Shown here piece after piece: positions 1 to 7,924 of a stretch of DNA of 64,000 nt (within the stretch, counting starts at the first letter, position 1; every line of letters begins with the position of its first letter). The notes beneath the pieces are model-generated. The model did not search any database, had not been told where the DNA came from, and worked only from the letters and a program-made list of their open reading frames with translations. Made by a program: the position numbers and the translations under genes. Location of the stretch: positions 685 to 64,684 of the forward strand of contig JASEHH010000008.1 of NCBI GenBank assembly GCA_030017685.1. Reading direction: 5' to 3'. This stretch comes from Thermodesulfobacteriota bacterium. GTDB taxonomy: Bacteria; Desulfobacterota; BSN033; UBA1163.

Positions 1-1
1 T

Positions 2-880
2 TTCTTTGACCATTGAGCAGAGGAGTTCCTCGGTCATCTCCATCATTTCCATATAGGTGGCGTAACTCTGGTAGAATTCAAGCATGGTGAATTCCGGATT
101 ATGAAGCGTGGAGATTCCTTCGTTGCGGAAACTCCGGTTGATCTCAAAAATCCTCTCGAACCCGCCGATCACGAGCCGTTTAAGGTAGAGCTCCGGAGCG
201 ACCCTGAGAAAGAGTTCCATGTCGAGGGCGTTGTGATGCGTCCCGAAAGGTTTGGCTGTTGCTCCTCCGGGAATGGGGTGGAGCATGGGAGTTTCGACCT
301 CACAGAAGCCCTTGCCGTTAAAGAACTCACGGATCCTCTGGATGACAAGGGCGCGCGTGAGGAAGACCTCTTTAACCTTCGGGTTGGCGATCAGGTCGAG
401 GTAGCGCTGGCGATACCGAATCTCAATATCAGTAAGGCCATGCCACTTCTCCGGAAGGGGACGAAGCGACTTTCCGAGAAGACGGAACTTCTGAACCTGA
501 AGGGTCAGCTCTCCTGTCTTCGTCCGGAAAACTTTTCCTTCCAATCCGATAAAATCTCCGATATCGAATTTTTTAAAGAACTGGAAGGGTTCTTCCCCGA
601 CGATCTCTTTCTGAAAGTAAACCTGTATCTTTCCATTCCGGTCCTTAACCTGAATAAAACTGGCCTTGCCGAAATTCCGGATGGCTACGATCCTTCCTGC
701 GAGGCAGAAGGTCTCCGAGATTGATTTGAGTTCCTCATCCGACATGGGGCCATAGGTCTTCAGGATGTCTCCGGAGGTATGGGTCACCTTGAAATCGTTA
801 GGATAAGGGTTGACCCCTTCCTTCCTCAATGCCTCCAGTTTTCGTACCCTCTGCTGGACCAGTTCATTCGTCTCATCCAT
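2..880 (-). CDS. lysS: Lysine--tRNA ligase, class II (5' part; runs off window start)
   Basis: Manual translation from ATG at 880: MDETNELVQQRVRKLEAL...LPEKWHGLTDIEIRYRQRYLDLI...EVETPML...GGATAKPF...LRVAPELYLKRL...FRNEGISTLHNPEFTMLEFY. Absent from the ORF track because there is no stop in the window. Confidence 0.96.
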   Translation of the reverse strand, partial: MDETNELVQQRVRKLEALRKEGVNPYPNDFKVTHTSGDILKTYGPMSDEELKSISETFCLAGRIVAIRNFGKASFIQVKDRNGKIQVYFQKEIVGEEPFQFFKKFDIGDFIGLEGKVFRTKTGELTLQVQKFRLLGKSLRPLPEKWHGLTDIEIRYRQRYLDLIANPKVKEVFLTRALVIQRIREFFNGKGFCEVETPMLHPIPGGATAKPFGTHHNALDMELFLRVAPELYLKRLVIGGFERIFEINRSFRNEGISTLHNPEFTMLEFYQSYATYMEMMEMTEELLCSMVKE

Positions 881-1000
881 CTCTATCTACCGCATTCTCC
901 TGATTAAAAATAAATGTAAGATTAAAGGGTTATCCCACTCATTTCAAGATTTCCTAAACTAACCCATTTTCCCATCTCCGTCAAGTAACGGGGTCTTAAC

Positions 1001-2008
1001 GGGGTCAGGCCTGCAATGTTGCAATTTAGCGAACCTCTTCCAATAATTCGGCCATCAAATGGGCCAATTTTCTATCATTATTTGACAAAATCTGTATGCG
1101 TTTTGCTGCTGAACTTAGGGTAGTAGCATCCCGTTTGATCAGTTTGCTCAACTCTGATAGAGTTGAATTTCCAGACTCCAAAACTAACCAAGCTAATATT
1201 CCTCGAATCTTAGATAATTTATGGTCTTTGCCAAGAGCTGACAGATCCTTTTCTTTTATAGCAAAGCGATTGCATACTTTCAAAACGATCTCGTTGAGGT
1301 CTTTATTCTGTTTCAATCTCATACGATGATTTCCCAAAACTTTATCGATAAACTTATCATCCCCAAGAATACGATGGTCAATATTAGAACCACTGCAATA
1401 TTCCTGCTGGCGTCCAATTCCTATTCCATCGTTAATGAATTTCTCGTATGCTTTTCGGGCGTGGTCAAGTCGCTGTGAAAACTGCGATAATACCCAATCG
1501 GTGGTAAGCCATGATGTTTTTTCTATCCCAAGATAGGTACGGTGTCCACTCCACAAATAACTCTTCGGTTCTTTAACGATACCAGAGCGGACTGGATTAA
1601 GATGGATATAACGTATAAGTTCCAGCAAATAAGAGTCTGCATCGACCAAGATCGCCTTATAACGTCCCTGGAAAAGGTGACCTGTCCGACCCTGCCGTCT
1701 ATTTATCCAACGTGTAAAGCGAAAACAAACATTTTGAAATATACGGGAGAGGGGAATATCCTCTACTTGAACGGCTAAATGGATATGGTTTTTCATCAAG
1801 CAGAATGCATGGATACGATGCTTATATTGTTCAACCCCTTCCTGGAGTAGAGAATAGAAATGGTAGCGATCCTTGTCATTGAAAAACACAGATTGTCCTG
1901 CATTACCGCGTAATATGACGTGATATAATGCCGATGGATAATGGACTCGTGGTTTTCGTGCCATGGCCAATATTACATTTAAAATTCCATTATTGCAAGC
2001 CTGACCCC
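1001..2008. mobile_element. RAYT/Y1 transposase element with 17-bp inverted ends
   Basis: GGGGTCAGGCCTGCAAT at 1001-1017 and ATTGCAAGCCTGACCCC at 1992-2008 (16/17 inverted match) enclose an AT-rich transposase gene. Confidence 0.7.
1026..1964 (-). CDS. REP-associated tyrosine (HUH/Y1) transposase with C-terminal HTH (DnaA-C-like)
   Basis: MARKPR..YHVILRGN, FCLMKNHIHL (HUH), GHLFQGRYKA, RYIHLNP (catalytic Tyr), Y.WS; C-terminal LSELSKLIKRDATTLS helix-turn-helix. Confidence 0.9.
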   Translation of the reverse strand: MARKPRVHYPSALYHVILRGNAGQSVFFNDKDRYHFYSLLQEGVEQYKHRIHAFCLMKNHIHLAVQVEDIPLSRIFQNVCFRFTRWINRRQGRTGHLFQGRYKAILVDADSYLLELIRYIHLNPVRSGIVKEPKSYLWSGHRTYLGIEKTSWLTTDWVLSQFSQRLDHARKAYEKFINDGIGIGRQQEYCSGSNIDHRILGDDKFIDKVLGNHRMRLKQNKDLNEIVLKVCNRFAIKEKDLSALGKDHKLSKIRGILAWLVLESGNSTLSELSKLIKRDATTLSSAAKRIQILSNNDRKLAHLMAELLEEVR

Positions 2009-3336
2009 ATTGTCATTTGGATCGTACCAATGAGATCATAGGGTAGGGCCTGGGTGATCAGGGCCTCCACCCAATCGCCGGGTCGGGCCTTGCCTTTCAG
2101 AAAGACACAACCATCGATCTCAGGGGCCTGGGTTTGAATTCTTCCTCTCAAAGCGGTTCTCTGGAGATCCGATCCCTCGACCAGGACCTCTGTTTTTCGT
2201 CCCACCATCCTTCGATATTTTTTAAGCGAAATTTTCTTTTGAACCTCCATCAGGATTCTCAACCGCTCTTCTTTCACATCCTCAGGGACTGGATTGGAAA
2301 GCCTAAAGGCTGGCGTTCCCTCTTCAGGGGAGTATTGAAAGACTCCGAGGTGATCGAACTGAACCTCTTCGACGAAATGGAGTAGGGCTTTGAACTGACT
2401 TTCATCCTCTCCTGGAAATCCGACGATGAGGGAGGTTCGAAGAGCGATTCCAGGAACAGAGGTTCGAATCTTCTGAATGAGGTCCCGAATCTCTTGGCCT
2501 TTCGATCGCCGGCCCATCCGCCTGAGGATCTCATCATCGATGTGCTGGATGGGGAGATCGAGGTAAGGGCAGATCTTCTCTTCCCGTCCGATGAGTTCGA
2601 GAAGGCTCTCCGTGAAGCGGGCTGGCTTCGGGTAGGCGTAGAGGATCCGGATCCAACGAAACCCCTCCACCCTGATCAACCCCTTGAGAAGTCTTTCCAG
2701 GGAGGTTCCATCCCGAAGGTCTTTTCCGTAGGCGGTCGTATCCTGTGCGATCAGGATCAACTCCTTGACACCCTGATCCGCCAGCCTCTCCGCCTCTTTC
2801 AGGATGGAACGAATCGTTCTGCTCCGGTAGGGGCCCCTGATTTTTGGCACCGTGCAGAAGGTGCAGGTTCTGGAGCAGCCTTCTGCGATCTTCAGATAAG
2901 CGGTAGATGGAGGAGTGGAGAGGATCCGGGGCGTCTGGTCGTTATAGAGAAAGGCCTGCCCGGAGAGAAAGCTCTTTCTCTTTCCTCCCTGTGAGATGAG
3001 CTGTGGAATCTTTTGAAAGGATCCTGTGCCGACAAAGAGGTCCACCTCCGGCAACCCCTTCTCCAGAATCCTGCCGTAGCGCTGGGGAAGGCAACCGGAG
3101 ACGATGAGGAGACGACAGCACCCCTCTCTCTTATAAGGAATAAGCTGAAGGATGGTCTCAATCGCTTCCTGAGCGGCATCCTTAATAAAGGAGCAGGTAT
3201 TGACGATGATGATATCACCCCTTGAAGGATCGGTGGTGAGAGGATGCCCCTCTTTTGAGAGGAGGCCAAGGATCACTTCGGAATCAACCAGATTCTTCGG
3301 GCAGCCCAGACTGACCAGACAGACGGTCTCTTTCAT
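1990..3336 (-). CDS. rimO: Ribosomal protein S12 methylthiotransferase
   Basis: SLGCPKNLVDSE N-terminus, radical SAM CSRTCTFC, QAPEIDG TRAM region. Confidence 0.95.
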   Translation of the reverse strand: MKETVCLVSLGCPKNLVDSEVILGLLSKEGHPLTTDPSRGDIIIVNTCSFIKDAAQEAIETILQLIPYKREGCCRLLIVSGCLPQRYGRILEKGLPEVDLFVGTGSFQKIPQLISQGGKRKSFLSGQAFLYNDQTPRILSTPPSTAYLKIAEGCSRTCTFCTVPKIRGPYRSRTIRSILKEAERLADQGVKELILIAQDTTAYGKDLRDGTSLERLLKGLIRVEGFRWIRILYAYPKPARFTESLLELIGREEKICPYLDLPIQHIDDEILRRMGRRSKGQEIRDLIQKIRTSVPGIALRTSLIVGFPGEDESQFKALLHFVEEVQFDHLGVFQYSPEEGTPAFRLSNPVPEDVKEERLRILMEVQKKISLKKYRRMVGRKTEVLVEGSDLQRTALRGRIQTQAPEIDGCVFLKGKARPGDWVEALITQALPYDLIGTIQMTMGSGLQ

Positions 3337-3457
3337 GGCCTTTCATTATACCTTACAGATGTCCAATGTCCAATCGTCCCATTTAATCAATCCTTGTTTT
3401 GTCCTTTGAAAAGTTGCAGAATTTATGATAACGAATGATTCGTTCAGGAGATTTTCA

Positions 3458-5473
3458 ATGGGACTCCTTCAGAAACAGTATGAATCTTTAAGAAAGAAGA
3501 TCAAAAAATCCGAACTGGAGAATCAGAGGCGGGCCTTCAGGGAGACCCGGACCCGCCAGAAGCAGAATCTCCATCTCTTCGACGATTTTGAAAAGGTGAA
3601 GGAAGAGGTGAAACGGATTCGCTCTCAATCCCTGGAAAACCTGGATCTCCTTGAGGAGGCGATCACCCATCTCGAGAAGAACCAATTTAAGGTCTTTCGA
3701 GCGAAAGATTGTGAAGAGGCCCACGCCATCTTCCTGAAAGAGATCGGAGAGGAGAGGCTCGTTGTCAAATCGAAATCCAACCTCTCCAAAGAGATCGGGC
3801 TTACCCCCTTTCTCACCGGACACGGGATCGAGGTCATTGAGACCGATATCGGCGACCGAATCATTCAGCTTGCAGGTGGACGGCCCTCCCATTATACCGG
3901 GCCGATTGTCCACCTCTCCCGGTATGAAGTGGCGGAAATCCTCTCTGGACATTTGAAGAGGAAGGTTCCTCCTGTTCCGGAAGAGGAGATGCAGGCAGTC
4001 AGGGAGGATATCGAATCTTATCTCCAGAGGGCAAAGGTGGGGATCACGGGCACCAATGCGATCGCCGCAAGAGAAGGGGCAATCCTGATCATTCACAATG
4101 AAGGAAATGTGACAAGGGTTCGGACGAGATCGAAGCATCTCATCATCACCTCCATCGATAAGGTCTATCCGGATATGAACGATGCCATCCGCATGGCAAA
4201 GCTTGAGACCTATCTGGCCACAGGTTCTATCTTCCCTTCTTTCATCGACATCATCGGAGGAAGGTCCAAATCTTCGGATGTGGAGAAGATCCCTTTTTAC
4301 GGAATGCATGAGCCGAATGAACTGGTGATCATCCTCCTCGATCATGGAAGGAGCGGGATTCTAAAGGAGGCGGAAGACTTCTCCGACCTCCTCTACTGCA
4401 TCGGATGCGGCAACTGCCTTCTCGATTGCCCCACCTATAATGCCATCGGCCCCTCCTTCGGGACAGATGGCATGTTAGGCGGAAGGGGAGTGGCCCTCTC
4501 CTCACTGATCCATGGCATGAGAGAAGGGGTTGAGGATGGCCTCTTTCTCTGCACCACCTGCGGTCTCTGCGGAGAGGTCTGTCCGGTCGGGATCGATGCG
4601 GGAAAGAGGCTCAAGGACCTGAGGCGATTGAGTTTAAGGAGTCCAGAGGTCTCCTCTGAACTCGATGAAGTGACTCAGCTTCAATCCACGATCGATCGGT
4701 TCGGAACGCCCTATGGCGAGATGGAACGGACCTCATTTCCGTCCCTCAAGAAGAAAGGTCCTGTCGTCCTATATATCGGCTGTGTGGGATTGACGACAGA
4801 GGTGGAATCTGCAGTGAGAATGATTGAACTTCTACAGCGATTGGGCGTCGATTTCACAGTGATCGATGAGGTCTGCTGTGAGGCTGTGAAGGGGGATACG
4901 GGATCGAGCCCCAATTCGGAGCGAATCAAACAAAACATTGAGAGAATAAAAGAAGCCGGCGGCCGCGAGGTTCTCTTCCTCTGCCCCACCTGTCTTAAGA
5001 CTTTCTTAGAATATGACGAAAAACATCCCACCGGAATCACCTTTGAAACACTGCTTTCCTATCTTCGGAAACATTTTTCCTTTATCTCATCGGAGGAAAA
5101 TCCAGCCACGATCACCTATCACGATCCCTGCCACCTCGGAAGAGGGCTTGGCTCCTTTGATGGAGCGAGAGAACTGTTAAAAGGCATTGGGGCCAAGTTC
5201 GTTGAGATGGAGCATCATCACCGGGAATCGCTCTGCTGCGGAGCCGGAGGAGGGGTGAAAGGGTTTTACCCGAAATTCTCAAGAGACATTGCGCGAAGAA
5301 GGGTGAAAGAGGCAGAGGAGGTAAAGGCAGAAACCTTGCTGACTGACTGTCTCTCCTGCAGACATAACCTGAGACAGGGTGTGCCGTTTGACGGGAAGAT
5401 GAGAGTGATGACGACTCCGGAATATCTTCTGGAGAGAATCGAGGCTGAAAAAGTTAAGTCCTCACGAAAATAG
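3458..5473 (+). CDS. LUD (LutB/LldF-like) domain + 2x[4Fe-4S] + two CCG domains oxidoreductase
   Basis: VVKSKS, ETDIGDRIIQL, PSH, GITGTN, NEGN; CIGCGNC..C and CTTCGLC..VCP; YHDPCHLGR and CCGAGGG. RBS AGGAG precedes ATG 3458. Confidence 0.85.
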   Translation: MGLLQKQYESLRKKIKKSELENQRRAFRETRTRQKQNLHLFDDFEKVKEEVKRIRSQSLENLDLLEEAITHLEKNQFKVFRAKDCEEAHAIFLKEIGEERLVVKSKSNLSKEIGLTPFLTGHGIEVIETDIGDRIIQLAGGRPSHYTGPIVHLSRYEVAEILSGHLKRKVPPVPEEEMQAVREDIESYLQRAKVGITGTNAIAAREGAILIIHNEGNVTRVRTRSKHLIITSIDKVYPDMNDAIRMAKLETYLATGSIFPSFIDIIGGRSKSSDVEKIPFYGMHEPNELVIILLDHGRSGILKEAEDFSDLLYCIGCGNCLLDCPTYNAIGPSFGTDGMLGGRGVALSSLIHGMREGVEDGLFLCTTCGLCGEVCPVGIDAGKRLKDLRRLSLRSPEVSSELDEVTQLQSTIDRFGTPYGEMERTSFPSLKKKGPVVLYIGCVGLTTEVESAVRMIELLQRLGVDFTVIDEVCCEAVKGDTGSSPNSERIKQNIERIKEAGGREVLFLCPTCLKTFLEYDEKHPTGITFETLLSYLRKHFSFISSEENPATITYHDPCHLGRGLGSFDGARELLKGIGAKFVEMEHHHRESLCCGAGGGVKGFYPKFSRDIARRRVKEAEEVKAETLLTDCLSCRHNLRQGVPFDGKMRVMTTPEYLLERIEAEKVKSSRK

Positions 5474-5481
5474 GTCCATCC

Positions 5482-6726
5482 ATGGAAAAGGGGATCGCCC
5501 CCTTTTTAAAGAGGATAGAGAGATTGGGCTGGGATTTTGATGTCATTGTGGTGGGTGCGGGGCCGGGAGGATCGACTGCGGCTCGTTTCTGCGCCCGGTA
5601 CGGATTGAAGACACTCTTGATCGAGAAGGAGAGGTTCCCCAGGTACAAGCCCTGCGGAGGATGCCTCTCGCTCAAGACCATTCATCTACTGAATTTCGAT
5701 CTCACTCCTGTCATCGAGAATACCATCCTGGGAGCAAAATTCAGTTACTGCCTCAAAGAGCCTTTCCACATTGAGTTGAGAGAGCCGATCGCCTTTCTGG
5801 TGATGAGAGACCGCTTCGATCAGTTTTTGAAGGAGAAGGCGTTAGAAGAAGGGGCGGAGATACTGGAGGGAGAAAAGGTTGTAAAAGTTCAGGAGAAGGG
5901 AAAAGGGATCGAGGTTGAGCTGGCCGGCGGAGAGAAATTCCATTCACACTATCTCATCGGCGCGGACGGCGCTGAAAGTATTGTCGCAAGATCCATCTCT
6001 TTGTCTCCGCATGGAAATGATGGAAACGGAATTGCCATCCAGAGTGAGATTCCATTCGACTCTTCCATCCCTTTCCCTGAAAAGGAACTTCATTTTATCC
6101 ATTTGGATTTCGGCGGAATCCCCAACGGCTATAGCTGGGTTTTTCCTAAAAAGGATTGGCTCTCGATCGGAATCGGCGGGATGTTCAGGGAGACGAAAAA
6201 GATGAATCCCCGCCGGTACCTGGATCATTTTCTTAAGGGTTTGACCTATGTCCCGGAGGGAAAGACGGAAATAATGAGAGGCCACCTTCTCCCCTCTTTT
6301 TATGATGAATGGCAGAAAGTTTCACAGGGAAGGATCCTTCTTGTGGGAGATGCCGCCCATTTAATGGATCCTCTGCAAGGAGAGGGGATCTACTATGCGG
6401 TCCGAAGCGGGATGCTGGCCGCGGAGGCTATCATCGAATCAAAGGAGAAAGGAATTTCCCCATCCGATCTCTATCAGAAAACAATCCGTCTTCACATCTC
6501 TGAAAATCTGAAATGGGCTCTCTCTTTTTCCAGATTCATTTTCAGGTTTCCGAAGCTTGCCTACCAGACTCTGAGGCACTACCCCGAATTAAGTAGCCTC
6601 TACCTTCAGGTCCTGGAGGGAAGAGAGACCTATCAGGGATTTGTGTCAGGGGTCAAGGGGCGAATCAGGGATTTCATGAAGGGAAGGCTGAGTGAGAAGA
6701 TCAGAAGGGCCATGGCAAAGGCATAA
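5482..6726 (+). CDS. Geranylgeranyl reductase-family FAD-dependent oxidoreductase
   Basis: VVGAGPGG, RYKPCGG, GADG, GYSWVFPK, LVGDAAHLMDPLQGEGIYYA. Confidence 0.88.
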   Translation: MEKGIAPFLKRIERLGWDFDVIVVGAGPGGSTAARFCARYGLKTLLIEKERFPRYKPCGGCLSLKTIHLLNFDLTPVIENTILGAKFSYCLKEPFHIELREPIAFLVMRDRFDQFLKEKALEEGAEILEGEKVVKVQEKGKGIEVELAGGEKFHSHYLIGADGAESIVARSISLSPHGNDGNGIAIQSEIPFDSSIPFPEKELHFIHLDFGGIPNGYSWVFPKKDWLSIGIGGMFRETKKMNPRRYLDHFLKGLTYVPEGKTEIMRGHLLPSFYDEWQKVSQGRILLVGDAAHLMDPLQGEGIYYAVRSGMLAAEAIIESKEKGISPSDLYQKTIRLHISENLKWALSFSRFIFRFPKLAYQTLRHYPELSSLYLQVLEGRETYQGFVSGVKGRIRDFMKGRLSEKIRRAMAKA

Positions 6727-7411
6727 AGATTTAAAAGCGAAGGTAAAAAGGCTCGCCCTCCTTCTGGAAAAAGGATACGGCGCCCCTCAGAGGGAGAGGG
6801 GAGCTAACCCTCTCGATGTCCTCATCCAGACCATTCTCTCCCAGAATACGAATGACCTTAACCGGGATCGAGCCTATCAAAGGTTAAAAAGCCGGTTTCC
6901 CCTCTGGGAAGATGTCCTCAACGCAAAGACAGAAGAGGTCATTTCAGCCATCCGGCCCGGCGGCCTTGCCGGACAGAAGACCGGACGCATCCGGGAGATC
7001 CTCCGCTGGATTAAGAAGAGGGAAAAAAGATTGAGCCTCTCCTTTCTGAAGGGGATGGATTCGGAGGAGATCAAGAAGTTGATCGGAGGACTAAAGGGGA
7101 TCGGTCCCAAAACAGTCCATTGCCTCCTTCTATTCGGCCTGGAAAGGGATGCCTTCCCGGTGGATACCCATATCCTCAGAATCGGAAAGCGTCTTGGTTT
7201 CATTCCGGAGAGGATGGAGGCAGTCAAAGCCCATCCCTGGATGGTTCCGCTCATTCCCAAAGGGAAATCCCTATCGCTTCACCTCAACCTCATACGGTTT
7301 GGAAGGGAAATCTGCAAAGCGAAAAACCCGAAATGTTGTAATTGTTTTCTTAATAAGGAATGCCTCTATTCCAGTCATTGGGTGACCGTGTCCGTGCCTC
7401 GTGCCCGTTAA
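6692..7411 (+). CDS. nth: Endonuclease III-like HhH-GPD DNA glycosylase
   Basis: LIQTILSQNT, LKGIGPKT, FPVDTHI, C-terminal CKAKNPKCCNCFLNKEC [4Fe-4S] motif; start codon uncertain. Confidence 0.8.
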   Translation: MRRSEGPWQRHKDLKAKVKRLALLLEKGYGAPQRERGANPLDVLIQTILSQNTNDLNRDRAYQRLKSRFPLWEDVLNAKTEEVISAIRPGGLAGQKTGRIREILRWIKKREKRLSLSFLKGMDSEEIKKLIGGLKGIGPKTVHCLLLFGLERDAFPVDTHILRIGKRLGFIPERMEAVKAHPWMVPLIPKGKSLSLHLNLIRFGREICKAKNPKCCNCFLNKECLYSSHWVTVSVPRAR

Positions 7412-7901
7412 AGAATATTCAAATGGCTTGTATAAAGGGGCTCATCACGAAACTTCTTCATATCACATCGAAGGTACTCCTGAACGGACGGCCCTGGCCT
7501 ATTCCATCGGCATCTTCTTAGGATTCTCACCTTTTTTAGGCTTTCACGCCCTGGGAGGCATAGCCATCGCTTTTCTATTCAATCTCAATCGTGTGGCTGT
7601 GCTTGCAGGGGTTTGGACCAATACCCCCTGGTGGATTGTTCCTTATTACATGATTGCCACCTGGCTTGGGATGTGGGTGGTTGGGTTTAAAATCAATAGC
7701 ACAACCCTTCAGGAGATATTCCAGTTAGGAATGAATCAGGGATTCATCAGTTCGGATTTCTGGAATCGGATTACCTCCCAATGGGGCCTGCTGCTCTCTT
7801 TTACAGTCGGCTCTCTCATTTTATCCATTCTTCTCGGATTGGTTGCCTATCCCCTTTCCCTGAAATGGATCCGGTTCTATCGGTCAAAAAAGGGAAAGTA
7901 G
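7401..7901 (+). CDS. DUF2062-like membrane protein; probable 5' frameshift (native start likely 7423)
   Basis: TPERTALAYSIGIFLGFSP..G.H and NTPW motifs; three hydrophobic segments. Confidence 0.7.
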   Translation: MPVKEYSNGLYKGAHHETSSYHIEGTPERTALAYSIGIFLGFSPFLGFHALGGIAIAFLFNLNRVAVLAGVWTNTPWWIVPYYMIATWLGMWVVGFKINSTTLQEIFQLGMNQGFISSDFWNRITSQWGLLLSFTVGSLILSILLGLVAYPLSLKWIRFYRSKKGK

Positions 7902-7924
7902 GCCTCGTGCAATCAACAGATTCC

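Noticed and set aside
101-724. 207-aa plus-strand ORF
   Set aside because: Antisense shadow of lysS, which has clear motifs on the minus strand.
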